Shown here one piece after another: positions 19,743 through 31,279 of a stretch of 64,000 nucleotides of DNA. Position 1 is the stretch's first letter. Every line of letters starts with the position of its first letter. The stretch is from an uncultured Planctomycetaceae bacterium (GTDB taxonomy: Bacteria; Planctomycetota; Planctomycetia; Isosphaerales; Isosphaeraceae), in assembly GCA_963833985.1 (NCBI GenBank), contig CAWIAD010000002.1, positions 3,296,001 through 3,360,000 of the forward strand, in the 5' to 3' direction. The notes under the pieces are model-generated. The model did not search any database and was not told where the DNA came from. It worked only from the letters and a program-made list of their open reading frames with translations. Position numbers and translations under genes: made by a program.

Positions 19743-20393
19743 ATGGGGACAGTCATGGACCACTCTTCCACCGGTGCAACCGATCCGATCGAGCGGCTCC
19801 GCAAGGGCCACCGGCAGGCGCTGGCGGTGCTCTTCGAGTCCTGCCGCGAGCGGCTCTGCCGCATGGTGGAGCTGCGTATGGATCCGCGGCTGAGGGCCCG
19901 GCTTGACGCCGCCGACGTGCTTCAGGAGGCGTTCCTGGAGATTGCCCGCGATCTGGACGCGTACCTGGCCGACCCCGTGCTTCCTCCCTTGCTCTGGCTG
20001 CGGCTGCATGTCGGCAGGAAACTGACGACCCTGCACCGCCAGCACCTGGGCACGAAAATGCGCGCCGCCGGCATGGAGATCTCGCTCTATCGCGATGCCC
20101 TGCCGCAGGCCAGCTCCGCTGCGCTGGCCTCCATGCTGCTGGGAAAGCACACGTCGCCCAGCCAGGCCGCCCAGCGCGCCGAGCGGTTGCTGAGGATTCA
20201 GGAAGCTCTCAATTCCCTCGACTCGCTGGACCGCGAAGTCCTGGCCTTGCGGCACTTCGAACAGCTCAATCGCTCCGAGACCGCGAAGGTCCTGGGGATC
20301 AGTCAGGACGCCGGCGCCAAGCGTTACTATCGGGCTCTGAAGCGGCTCAAGGACGTCCTCACGGCGATGCCCGGTGGAATGGAGGACCTCTGA
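19743..20393 (+). CDS. ECF sigma factor (planctomycete, kinase-associated) #1
   Basis: RLDAADVLQE region 2; DREVLALRHFEQL...ETAKVLGIS region 4; kinase starts 3 nt later. Confidence 0.93.
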   Translation: MGTVMDHSSTGATDPIERLRKGHRQALAVLFESCRERLCRMVELRMDPRLRARLDAADVLQEAFLEIARDLDAYLADPVLPPLLWLRLHVGRKLTTLHRQHLGTKMRAAGMEISLYRDALPQASSAALASMLLGKHTSPSQAAQRAERLLRIQEALNSLDSLDREVLALRHFEQLNRSETAKVLGISQDAGAKRYYRALKRLKDVLTAMPGGMEDL

Positions 20394-20395
20394 CC

Positions 20396-23300
20396 ATGAC
20401 GGAACCTCGAGACAGCAGCACGGGCGAGTTCGGGCTGTTTGATGAGCTGGCCGAGGAGTTCGTGGAGCGGTTTCGTACGGGCGAACGGCCCGCGATCCAG
20501 GAGTATGTCGATCGTTATCCGCGGATGGAGCGGCAGATTCGAGAGCTGTTCCCCGCGCTGGTGAATGTCGAGCAGGCGAAGGAAATCCTCGACGATGCCA
20601 CCGGGCCGGCGGCGTCCAGTTCCCCCCCGGCGTCACGGCAGGTGGGAGATTACCGGATCATCCGGGAGGTTGGCCGGGGCGGCATGGGCGTGGTGTTCGA
20701 GGCCGAGCAGGTCTCGCTCGGTCGCCGCGTGGCACTGAAGATGCTTCCCGTCACGGTGGCCAGGGACCTCAAAGCGCTGGAGCGGTTTCGCCGCGAGGCG
20801 CGGGCCGCGGCGCGGCTTCATCACACGAATATCGTGCCCGTGTTCGAGGTAGGGAAGGACGGCGAGGCCGTCTTCTACGCCATGCAGTTCATCCAGGGCC
20901 AGGGTCTCGACGCGGTCATCGAGGAGCTCTCTCGCCAGCGCAAGAAGCCCGGCTCATTGCCTGCCAGCCATGCCCGGGACGAAGCCCGGTGCGCGGAGCG
21001 AGCAGTGTTGGCGCGCACGCGGCCCGCACAGCAGAGCGGCGTTTCCGAGCTCGCGGACCCGGCCGCGGCACCCGCCAGGAGCGCGACCTCGGCCGCGGTC
21101 TCGGTTGCCGGACCGCGGGCACGCGAGGTGCACCGGATGGCACGGTCGCTGGTAACCGGAACATTCGTTGCCGACACGGTCGAGTCGGACGAGTCGTCCG
21201 GCGGAATTCACCTGACCGCGACCGAGGCGTCCGAAGGCTCGCCCGGCGACGGTTTCGACGGGTTTTCCCTCGACCCGAATGGGCTTTCGTCCGCCGTGGG
21301 ATCGACCTCGGCCATGCTGCCGGGGGGCGCCCAGGTCTCGTCGCTCGAGTCCTCAGGCCGGCGCTTGCCGTTCTTTCGGAGCGTGGCGAGGATTGGCTTG
21401 CAGGCGGCTCAGGGGCTTGCCTACGCCCATGCCCGGGGAGTGATCCACCGCGACATCAAGCCCTCCAACCTGCTGCTGGATACCGCCGGAGTCGTCTGGA
21501 TCACGGATTTTGGTTTGGCCAAGGCGGGTGATGAGGGACTGACGGCAACCGGCGATATCCTGGGAACCATTCGCTATATGGCGCCCGAGCGGTTTCGCGG
21601 CGAGGGCGACGGCCGCTCCGACGTCTACGCGCTCGGTCTCACGCTCTATGAGCTGCTCACGTTCCGTCCTGGCTACTGGTCGTCAGACCGGCTGCAAATG
21701 ATCGAGCAGATCAAGACGACCGACCCGATCCGGCCGCGCGTGCTGGACCGGCGGATCCCCCGGGACCTGGAAACGATCGTCCTCAAGGCGATCGACAAGG
21801 AGACGCACCGCAGGTATGCAACGGCTGATGCCCTGGCCGAGGACCTCCGGCGCTTTCTCGACGACGAGCCAATCCAGGCGCGGCGGGCGTCGGCGGCGGA
21901 ACGCTATGCCCGGTGGGCGCGCAGGCACCCCGGAATTGCAATCCTGGGAGGCGTGCTCACGGCCGTGCTGTTGCTGGTGACGGCCGGCTCGCTCATCGTG
22001 GCTGGCCGCATGAGCCGGCTGGCCGACGAACAGGCCCAGGCGGCCCATGACGCCGAAGAAGCGCGTGTGCAGGAAGCCAGACAGCACAGCCTGGCGGAAA
22101 AAGCCCTCATCCAGGCCGAGGCCAGCCAGGCCGAGGCACTGGCGCAATCGCAGGCGGCGAGCGCCAACTTCGCGCGGGCGCGCCAGGCCGTGAACGAATT
22201 CTTCACCAAGGTCAGCGAGAGCAAGCTGAAGGCGGTACCCGGGCTGCAAACGCTCGCGCCGAGCTGCTCGGGTCGGCTCTCTCGTATTACACCGAGCTTG
22301 TCCGGGAACACTCCAACGACCCGACGCTGCGCCAGGACCTCTTGCAGTCGCGCTTCCTTGCCGGCAGGGTCCTCCACGAGCTGGGCCGGGACGCCGACGC
22401 CGTGGCCGCGCTCGACTCCGCGTGCGCCGGTTACGAACGGGAGCTGCGCGACCACCCGGATGATGCCGGGCTCAACAGCGGCCTTGCCGCAGCGCTGTAC
22501 CTGAGCGCCACCATCAGCCCGGTTCCCGAGCAAAGACTCGCGGGGTTTCGCCGCGCCATCGAGCTGCGCGAGCGGATCCTCGCCGCGCGGCCGGCCGACC
22601 GCGGCAACGCCATGGAGCTTGCGGACGTCTACAATGCCCTGGGCAACTCGCTCATCGAACGTCGCGAGGGTGACGCCCTTTCCGCCTACGAGCGCAGCCT
22701 GACCTTGAAGCTGGATCTGGCCACGGCCGCCCCCGATGATCCGGAAACGCTGCGCGGGCTCTCCCAGGCTTATAACAACCTGGCCAACATGTTCGCGTCG
22801 GACCACGCGCGGGGCCAGGTGCTCGCCATGTACCAGCAGGCCATGGACCTGACGCGGGAGGCGCTCCGGCTGCGGCCCGGCGATACGAACCTGGGGCGCA
22901 AGCTGTTCATCGTGACCGGGAACCTGGCGTCCACACTCGCCGAGCTGCATCGCGATGATGAGGCCATCGCCCTGTGGGGGCGCACCGTGGCCGCGCTCCA
23001 GTCGATGGCCCGCGCCAATCCCGAGGTGCCCGACGTGCACCTCGCTCACCTCCAGTCACGAACCGAACTGGCGAACGCCATGGTTCATTTGAACAGGAAC
23101 CGTGCAGAAGAGGCAGTCAGCGCACTGCTCGACGGTCAAGATTCTCTGGAACACTTGCCCCAGCAGAACGCTCCGGACCTGGTTGCGCTGGCGCGGCAAA
23201 GGTTGGCGTTCGTGGATCGTCTCCGAGCCATCAAACCACAGCTCACGCGGGCGACCGCGCTGGCCAGCGATGACCAGCTCGATCGAGCGATCGCCGCGTT

Positions 23301-25678
23301 TCGACGAGCCGTCGCGGCAGGCTGGAATGGTCTTGCCGAGATCAGGAGCGCGGAAGCCTTGCGTTCGCGACCGGCGTACCTCTCCTTGCTGTCCGAGGCA
23401 GAACAGGCAGCCCGGTCTGCCGAGCTGTCATCCACACCGTCCGGTACCCGCACCTCGGCTCCAGCAACCGGTGCGCTGGCCGCCTCGCCGCACTCCAAAC
23501 TGGACCTGCGCCGCAGCCATGCCATTGCTCTGGGCGCGATTGGCCGGACCCGGTTTGAAGCCGGCCAGCATGCAGCCGGGCAAGAGGCGCTCGAGCGATC
23601 GTTGAAGATCTTCCGAGACATCAACCGTGACCAGCCCCAGGACCCCTTGGCCATTGCGGATGTTGCGTCCGGCCAGACGGCGATCGGTCAGGTTCTCTGG
23701 GGAGCGAACCGTTTGCAGGAGGCCGCAGAGCAATGGCGGGCGGCTTGCTTGACGCTCCGATCCTTCTCTCGAATGTCAGGCCGGCAAGCGACCTCGATCT
23801 CAGATGAGCAAGCCGTCGCCGCCGAGACCGCCCTGGAGTCGTGGCAAGCGATTGCTCGAACGTATGCGCAGCACGGTCTTTGCCAGCAGGCGGCAGAGGT
23901 TTACGAGGAGGCCGCTCCCCTGGCTCGCCAGACGCTCCGGAAACGCGTGGCGCTCGATCTCTACGACTTCAACGCCACATGCCTGCGCCTGCAATCCGGC
24001 GATCTGCATGCCTATCAGCGTCACTGCGCCGAGTTGGTTGCCCTCTATGGAAGCTCGGACGATCCCTGGGTTCAGCTCTTGCTCGCCTGGGTGACGGCAC
24101 TGCACCCGCAAAGCGGCGTTGACCCGGACCGGCGATTGCGCCTGGCAGCGGCCGCCGAATCCGCCCTCCAGGGAGAATACCTGCTCCCGCTCGCTCACCA
24201 TGTCCTCGGCATGGCTTACCTGCGGTCTGGCCAGTGGGATCAGGCGGCTCTCAAGCTCGGCGAGTCTGAAGAGGCCCTGCGCGGCTGGCCAAGCCAGCCG
24301 GCAAACTGGTCCCTCCAGGCGATAATCGCCTACCGGCGAGGAAAGCTTGACGAGGCGCGCATCTGGCTCGATCGCGCCAGATCGCGCTGCTGCGGATTCG
24401 CGCACCTCTGCGGAACTCGGCCGATCTGACGATCTTGCCTTCAGACCACATCACCTTCGGGCCATTCTGGCATCATCCCATTACATGGCACGAATGGCTG
24501 CCGGTGGAGCTGCTCGCCACGGAGGCAACACAACTCATCTCGGGCACACCCGCGCCGCAACTGGCCGAGGATCAGATCGTGCGCGGAGTTGTCCAGCGCG
24601 TCTGGGCAACACGCGCGAGTGCGATGCCGGGCTGGAAGCGGCCGTCTTGCGGGCTCCCGCCTCTCCCGCGGTACGGCTCACCAGAAGCCACGCGTACCGG
24701 CTGCTGGGACGGCCGGATCAGGCCCGCCTTGATTTCCAGGCCGCCCTGAGACTACCCGGCGAACCGCTGGAAACCTGGGTCAAGGAGTATCGCTGGCTCG
24801 TGGAGCACGGCGAGAGCCACCTCGCCGGGCAGGTGTTTGCACGCCTCATGTCCGGGACGCCAGGAACGCCCCTCGAGTGGTCGGAGCGTGCTCTTGCGCT
24901 GGTCGGTGCCGGTGATTTCCAGGCCGCTGTGCACGACCTGGCACGCGCCGGGGAGGCGAGCGCGGCTTCGTCCGAGTTCGATCTGGTCAACGCGACCGTG
25001 ATCGATTGCCTGAAGAAACCGGTTCGCGAGCGCCGCTGGTCCGAGGCCCGCTCCCTGATCCGCGCGTACAACCCTTCCCACCGTGCCGGAGCGACGACCG
25101 TTCTCGAGGCCGTGCTGGAGCGCATCGAGGCCAGCCTGATGATCCTCTGTGGCGAAGGGCCGGCCTTTACCCTTTACGCCCGGACCATCGTCGACCGGCC
25201 GCGCGTGGAAAACCATGACACGCTGGCCGGCGAGCTTGCGCTGGCCTGCAATCTGGCCCCGCAGGACTCGGTTCCTGCCGCAACCATCCTCCGGCTCGCC
25301 GAGGAGACGATCGCCCGGCGGCCGCCATCCGAGGTATGGTGGCGCACTCCCCGGATCTGCGGCCTGATCCGCGCCGGGCAATACGAGAACGCCATCCAGG
25401 CCCTCGACGACGTGCTCCGCATGGCACCAGAATGGAGTTCGGCGACCAATGACGTCCTGCGCGCCATGGCGCACCACCAGCTCGGTCACGCCGGCCTCGC
25501 GCGCGACTGTCTGGGGACAGGCATCCGCAAGATGTCGGCGCCTGCGGCTTCCGGCTCTGCCTGGACGGCATGGGCGGGCGAGTACGTCCAGGACGCCCTG
25601 TTGCATGAGACACTCACGCAAGAGGCCGTGTCGCTGATCTACGACCCTGTTTTTCCGCGGGATCCTTTCGGCAAGTGA
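20396..25678 (+). CDS. Membrane Ser/Thr protein kinase with long TPR region; frameshifts near 22255, 24390-24430 and 24610
   Basis: GRGGMGVV, VALK, HRDIKPSN, DFG, YMAPE, TM helix; TPR-like segments continue through ORFs 22342, 24435 and 24347. Confidence 0.85.
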
Positions 25679-25765
25679 ATCCCAGGAGCTCGGGAAGCGA
25701 AATCCGCCTGCATTCGCCTCGACGTCCATGATCGCTTCCCGAGGCACGGTATTGCGGAACACGCC

Positions 25766-27286
25766 CTACTGGCCGGAGCCCCACCACTTCTTCAGCACGA
25801 ACTCGCCGGTGCCGAAGTAGTTCCCGCCCAGGTCCGAGCCGCCATCGGCCGGATACAGACTGACGTGCGGCCAGCCCCGGTACAGCATCGGCAGGAAGAG
25901 GGTGAAGGTTCCGTCGCCCCTGTTCACCATTGCCGTCTGAACCTTGTACGAGTCGCCCCGTCCATGCTCCGGGTCCTTCGCCGTCGTGTAGGCGGCGATC
26001 ATGGCCCGGTCGCACGAGGCGAGCGTGTACGTGCCCTTGATCCAGTAAATGTGGCCCGGCTGGAATGTCTCGGCGGTGCCGCGAATTTCCAGGATCTTGA
26101 TACTGTCGCCGTTCTCGAAGTGCGTTGCGCCTTGCTGGAAATGTACCACGTACGGAAGCTGTTCAGCCGCCGGAGCCTCGGCCTTCGAGGCAGTCGCCGC
26201 GGGTGGCTCGGCTGGCGTCTCGGCGCGTGACTCGGTGCTGCTGAGCGACACAGAGAACGGCAGCACAAAGCCGCCCATGACGGCCAGCATGTACAGCGAC
26301 CGCCGCGAGACCTGGGGTGCGAACTGTCCTTGCAGAACCATTTCGATCCTCGCTTTCAGGGACAGGGAACGAAGAAAGGGACTTGCCGCGAAGAACCCGG
26401 CCGCGGCCCCGGACCAGCGGCCGTGTGGACAACCTTCTGCAACCGCAAGCAGCACCTCGGCGTAGCGCCTGGCGCAGCCGGGGAAGAGCCAGCGCACCCA
26501 GGCATCGCAGCAGAGCTCCTCGGCTTCATGAGTCTGGCGGCGGATCCACCAGGCCAGAGGGTTCCACCAGTGCAGCGCCGCGACCACCAGCTCGGCGGCA
26601 CGGATCCAGTGGTCGCGCCGTTTCACGTGCGACAGCTCGTGAGCCAGCACCAGCATCAGGCTCTGTTCGTCAATGAATCCGGGAGCCGTCGCCGGCAGGA
26701 GCACCACGGGCCGGCCACCGGCGCACCAGACCAGCGGCAGCGCAGTACCTTCCAGAGTCCTGACTGCCGGCACCCGTCGTATGCCAAGCCTGGCGGCGAT
26801 TTCACTGGTAAGCTCTTGAACGTGCCGCGGTGCCGGAGGCGCGCTGCGGACGATTCGCTCGAACCGCCAGATGCGCTGGGTGGCGACACACACACACACC
26901 GCCGCGCCGCCGAGCCAGAGCGCCGGCAGCAAGGTGTGCCACAGAAAGTTGTCCGGGCTCACGCGGTTCCAGAACATAGCTTCCGGCACGGGCGTGGCGA
27001 GCAGGACGTCCGGCCCATCTGCCGCATCGGCATGGCCGCGGGTTCCGGTCCCTTGCGCGGGGACGTCCGCGGCAGGCCCGCTGGTCGGCTTGCGCCATTC
27101 TGCCAGCAAGTGATGCGGCCCCGCGATGGGCACGATGGGCGGAGCGACCAGCCTCAGCAGCACGATCACCCAGAGCCAGTGTGCCAGGGGCGGATTGGGT
27201 CGCAGACGCGTCACCAGCGCGATCGGGAGGGCCAGCAGGAACGCGGCAATCGAATTGTACGCGGCCAGCACCAGCAGCGCGTGCAT
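25766..27286 (-). CDS. BlaR1/MecR1-type M56 metallopeptidase
   Basis: LAHELSHVKRRD, HWWNPLAW, EELCCD, YAEVLL; short C-terminal sensor domain. Confidence 0.92.
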   Translation of the reverse strand: MHALLVLAAYNSIAAFLLALPIALVTRLRPNPPLAHWLWVIVLLRLVAPPIVPIAGPHHLLAEWRKPTSGPAADVPAQGTGTRGHADAADGPDVLLATPVPEAMFWNRVSPDNFLWHTLLPALWLGGAAVCVCVATQRIWRFERIVRSAPPAPRHVQELTSEIAARLGIRRVPAVRTLEGTALPLVWCAGGRPVVLLPATAPGFIDEQSLMLVLAHELSHVKRRDHWIRAAELVVAALHWWNPLAWWIRRQTHEAEELCCDAWVRWLFPGCARRYAEVLLAVAEGCPHGRWSGAAAGFFAASPFLRSLSLKARIEMVLQGQFAPQVSRRSLYMLAVMGGFVLPFSVSLSSTESRAETPAEPPAATASKAEAPAAEQLPYVVHFQQGATHFENGDSIKILEIRGTAETFQPGHIYWIKGTYTLASCDRAMIAAYTTAKDPEHGRGDSYKVQTAMVNRGDGTFTLFLPMLYRGWPHVSLYPADGGSDLGGNYFGTGEFVLKKWWGSGQ

Positions 27287-27299
27287 ACGGGGTCTCCCG

Positions 27300-27680
27300 T
27301 CATGGAGCATAGCGCTCCAGCAACTTGCGGATCTCTGCCGCCTCTTTCCGGCTGAGACGCTTCTCGTCGATGAGCTGCATGACCAGAGGCGCGATTGACC
27401 CGCCTCCCAGGCGGTCGATGAGCGTGGTCAGCTCTTGCCCGAGAATATCCGCCTGGGTGGCTGCCGCGGAGAAGACGTGCACGAACGCGCTGCGGTCGCG
27501 GCGGACCAGGTGCTTGCGTTCCAGGCGCTGGAGGAACGAGTGCACGGCCGCGAACTCCGTTTCCGCACCGGCCGGGTAAATCGCCTCCGCGATGGCCCGG
27601 GCCGGCAACGCGCCGCGTGCCCAGAGCACCTTCAGCACCGCCAGTTCCGCATCCGTCACACGAGCCGGTTTCCTGGCCAC
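27300..27680 (-). CDS. BlaI/MecI/CopY family repressor
   Basis: VTDAELAVLKVLW, FLQRLERKHLV, GGSIAPLVMQL; directly upstream of the M56 gene. Confidence 0.92.
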   Translation of the reverse strand: MARKPARVTDAELAVLKVLWARGALPARAIAEAIYPAGAETEFAAVHSFLQRLERKHLVRRDRSAFVHVFSAAATQADILGQELTTLIDRLGGGSIAPLVMQLIDEKRLSRKEAAEIRKLLERYAP

Positions 27681-27702
27681 GGCCGCCTGTCCCCCGGAGT
27701 TC

Positions 27703-27749
27703 ATAAGCAATCCGCTGATAACCATAAGCAGAGTGCTTACGAGAGTCAA
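27703..27749 (-). promoter_or_regulatory. BlaI promoter and operator
   Basis: TTGACT-N17-TATGGT (27749-27721) overlapped by palindrome TAAGCA-gag-TGCTTA (27725-27739); degenerate second copy at 27703. Confidence 0.7.
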
Positions 27750-27789
27750 GCGATTTCACACGGAACCAGGAAACGATTCAGGGCGTGCG

Positions 27790-28161
27790 TCAGAACGGGA
27801 TGTCGTCGACGGCTTCCTCGGAGCTGGGCGGGGTTTGCCGGCGCGGCTTCGGGGCGCGGCCGGTGCGGGTGCGCGCGCGCTTGCGGCTGTGCGTCTGCTC
27901 GGGCTTGGCCAGGGCCGCCTGCTGGCGCCTGGCCTCTTCCTCGAGGATCTCCGCCGATTGCTCCAGGTGGCCCATGATCAAACCGAGGAAATGCAGACGC
28001 GCCCCCTGCGATTCCAGGAACTCGTGGAACTGGAAGCCCCCCTCCAGAAGGTTTTCCCGCTGGTCCAGCACCTCGTCCGCAAGACCCTCGACCAGGAGAT
28101 CGTGGCCTTTTTGCAGGACGTCCATCGCGGCACGGTACTTGTTGTTGGGCAGGTCACGCAT
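27790..28161 (-). CDS. Hypothetical helical protein (123 aa) ending in DDIPF
   Basis: MRDLPNNKYRAAMDVLQKG...SEEAVDDIPF*; start overlaps the stop of the YheT-like gene. Confidence 0.75.
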   Translation of the reverse strand: MRDLPNNKYRAAMDVLQKGHDLLVEGLADEVLDQRENLLEGGFQFHEFLESQGARLHFLGLIMGHLEQSAEILEEEARRQQAALAKPEQTHSRKRARTRTGRAPKPRRQTPPSSEEAVDDIPF

Positions 28162-29261
28162 CGCGGTTGTTTGCTCCCAGGTTGGCCCCCGACCGATGGT
28201 GCGGGAGCGTGGCAGGATCCAGTTGCTCTCTCGAGAGGCCCCAGCGCCTGGCCAGCCAGGCCGCCAGACGCGCTTCCAGCCAGCGCCGGTCCCCTTGCCA
28301 GGGGACGCGGCTGATGTACCCCAGGTGGCCGCCGTGCCGTACCAGCTCGAATTCCAGGTGGGCGGGAAACCGGACCTGCTGGAAGGCGGCCGCGGGGATG
28401 AACGGGTCATCGGCCGCGTGCACCACCAGGCCGGGCACGCGAATCCGCGGAATCCACGGCAGTGCACTGCTGCGCGTGTAGTAGTCGAGCACGGAGGCGA
28501 ACCCATTGCGGGGCGCGGTGTAGCAGGCGTCGAATTCCGGGACGGATCGGACGTGGTGCAGCTCCGCGGCACCAAGCTCCGGAAAGGCGCGGTGCAAGCG
28601 CGTGACCTCGGCGCAGCCAGCGCACGAAGTTCCAGTTGTAGAAGCGGTTCTCGGGCCGCTCCATGGCAGCCGCGCACGCGGCCAGATCGATTGGCGGGTT
28701 GGCCGCCAGCACGCAGTCCAGGGCGGGCACATCGTTGCCTTCGTCGTCGGCCTCGCCGGCCAGCTTCAGCGCCAGGTTGGCTCCCAGTGAGAAGCCGGCC
28801 AGCGCGATCGGTGAGCCGGGCGCCCACCGCATCAGCCAGTGCAGCACGGAACGCACGTCGGCGGTGCGGCCGGCATGGTAAATGCCCCGGGCCATACCGA
28901 ACCCGGCACCCGCTCCGCGCAGGTTCATGCGGACGACCCGCACGCCCAGCCGCACCAGGCGCCGGGCGAACCGCACGACATAAGGCGAGTGGGCACAGCC
29001 TGCCAGGCCGTGCACCAGTACGGCCGCTGGGCGTCCCTCGGTCCAGCCGCGCGGCAGCGAATCGAGCACGCAGAGCCGGTCGCCGTCGGCCAGGGGAATC
29101 TCGTGCGCGCTCGTGTCCAGCCGCCCGCCGCCGGGCATCAGGTAGCGGCCCGCCACGGTCTGTGCGTGGCTGCCCCGCAGCCAGGCAGGCGGCTCAAAAC
29201 GGGGAACCTCCGCCAGGGTCGAAGCGCACTCAACCGGCTCCCCGTGGACGATCCTTCTCAT
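28154..29261 (-). CDS. YheT-family alpha/beta hydrolase; frameshift near 28610
   Basis: HAQTV, VHGLAG, YHAGRTAD, GFSLGAN, AADDPFI, GGHLGYI split over two ORFs. Confidence 0.88.
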
Positions 29262-29442
29262 CGGTACGTGATCTCAGCGAGGCCAGATCGGGTCAACGTG
29301 TTGTGATTGTACCAGGCAGGGGGGTGATTTGAAAATTCCCAGACCTCGAGAGGTCACCGCGAGACAGACCCGACACATGAAAAAAGAACAACCTGAAGGG
29401 GCGCCCGTCGGCTCCATGACTCCGCCGCGTGACGCCCCTGCC

Positions 29443-29490
29443 TTGACGAGCCGAACACGTCTCGCTAATATTCAACTTTGAGGTTGAATA
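29443..29490 (+). promoter_or_regulatory. ArsR promoter and operator
   Basis: TTGACG-N17-TAATAT overlapped by the perfect inverted repeat TATTCAAC-N6-GTTGAATA (29469-29490) abutting the ATG. Confidence 0.75.
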
Positions 29491-29850
29491 ATGACCAACC
29501 AGGAAAACGCACACGGGCTGGACCAGACCCTGATGGCCCTGGCCGATCCCACGAGGCGAGCACTCTTGCAGCGCCTGGCGGAGGGCGAGGCGCGGGTGAC
29601 CGAGCTGGCGCGGCCCTTCGCAATGTCGCTGAACGCGGTCTCCAAGCACCTGCGGACGCTGGAACGTGCCTCGCTGGTGCGGCGCCGGAAGGCCGGACGC
29701 GAGCACTACCTCTCGATCAATCCGAAACCGCTTGACGAGGCGGCGGCGTGGATCGAGGCCCAGCGCGCCGCCTGGACCGCCCGGCTCGACCTGCTCGACT
29801 CCCTGCTCAAGGCCGAAGATTCCGCGCAGCACCAGAAAAATGAGGCGTGA
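29491..29850 (+). CDS. ArsR/SmtB-family regulator
   Basis: ALADPTRRALL, VTELARPFAMSLNAVSKHL. Confidence 0.95.
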   Translation: MTNQENAHGLDQTLMALADPTRRALLQRLAEGEARVTELARPFAMSLNAVSKHLRTLERASLVRRRKAGREHYLSINPKPLDEAAAWIEAQRAAWTARLDLLDSLLKAEDSAQHQKNEA

Positions 29851-30284
29851 CGATGGAAGCCGCGAAGCTCGTACAGCTCCAGATCATCCGCCGTTTTCAA
29901 GCCGCCCCGGAGCGCGTCTTCGACGCCTGGCTCGACCCTGATCGCGCAGGCCAGTGGCTCTTCGCCACCGCGTCGGGCCAGATGATCCGGGTCGAGATCG
30001 ACCCGCGGCCTGGCGGCTCCTTCAACTTCACGCGTCGCGATGGCGGGGACGACGTCGAGCACGTCGGAGAGTACCTGGAGATTGACCGTCCCAGGCGCCT
30101 CGTGTTCACGTTCAGCGTCCCGAGATTCTCCACGCACATCACCCGCGTCACGGTCGACATCGTCCCGCTCGAGAGCGGCTGCCAGCTCACGCTGACCCAC
30201 GACGGCGTCCTGCCGGAATGGGCCAGCCCCACCGAAGCCGGCTGGGGAATGATCCTCGATACGCTCGCCAGGACGCTCGCGTGA
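29847..30284 (+). CDS. SRPBCC/AHSA1 (START-like) protein
   Basis: APERVFDAW, GEYLEIDRPRRLVFT, GWGMILD; usual ArsR partner. Confidence 0.92.
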   Translation: MTMEAAKLVQLQIIRRFQAAPERVFDAWLDPDRAGQWLFATASGQMIRVEIDPRPGGSFNFTRRDGGDDVEHVGEYLEIDRPRRLVFTFSVPRFSTHITRVTVDIVPLESGCQLTLTHDGVLPEWASPTEAGWGMILDTLARTLA

Positions 30285-30610
30285 CGCCCACCGGACCTCG
30301 ACGAAACCGAAGCACCCAGCTCATCGATTCTGCGCCTTTGCATTCCCGCACGGTTTGAGTTCTGCTCGAGGAAGGAGGAAGAAGCCGGGAAGTCGCGGAC
30401 AGGCCGGGAAGTCGCGGACAGGCAACACCTTTTTCGTGGAGTCGAGCTTCGGCCGGCAGCCCGTCACCAGGCCAACCTGGCTCGCTCGCTCGGCCGGGCG
30501 ACTCTGGCTGGCACCCGCAACGCGATCGCGAGCGGCCTTGCTTGCGCAGTGTCTCAGGAATTCGTCGGATTCCATGTCCGGAAATCGGATCGCTTCGTCA
30601 GTAGAGGTGA

Positions 30611-31261
30611 ATGAGCACTCTCATGGAGCAGAATTCGGAGCGGACGGTCCGGCTCATCGAGCTCGCCCGGAGCGGGGACCTGAACGCTCTTGATCAGATC
30701 TTCTCTGTTCACCGGGAGCGGTTACGCCGGATGGTCGAGATGCGCCTGGATACGCGGCTGCGCGGCCGGATCGACGCCTCGGATGTCATCCAGGACGCCT
30801 ACCTGGATATCGCGGGCCGGCTGGAGGAGTACTTCCGAGACCCCAAGCTGCCACTGTTCCTCTGGATGCGTCTGCTTGTCGGAGACCGTCTGGTGCGGCT
30901 GCACCGCCATCATCTGGGCACGCAGATGCGCGACGCCGCGCTCGAGGTGTCGATTTACCGTGGCGCCTTGCCGGCCGCGTCTTCCGCTGCGCTCGCGGCT
31001 CAGCTTCTGGGCAAGCAGACCTCCCCTCCTCAGGCAGCGGTTCGCATCGAGCGGATGCTGCGGCTACAGGAAGCGCTCAACACGCTGGATGCCACCGACC
31101 GGGAAGTGCTTTCGCTGCGGCATTTCGAGGAGCTGACCTTCGGCGAGGTCGCCCAGGTTCTCGGCATCGAAGAATCGACCGCGCGGAAACGCTACTTTCG
31201 CGCGCTCAAGCGGCTCAAGTCGACTCTCGACGCAATGCCGGGTGGGCTGGAGAGTCTGTGA
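30611..31261 (+). CDS. ECF sigma factor (kinase-associated) #2
   Basis: RIDASDVIQD, DREVLSLRHFEEL; close paralog of 19743..20393. Confidence 0.93.
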   Translation: MSTLMEQNSERTVRLIELARSGDLNALDQIFSVHRERLRRMVEMRLDTRLRGRIDASDVIQDAYLDIAGRLEEYFRDPKLPLFLWMRLLVGDRLVRLHRHHLGTQMRDAALEVSIYRGALPAASSAALAAQLLGKQTSPPQAAVRIERMLRLQEALNTLDATDREVLSLRHFEELTFGEVAQVLGIEESTARKRYFRALKRLKSTLDAMPGGLESL

Positions 31262-31279
31262 CACAGAGGGACAGTCGCC

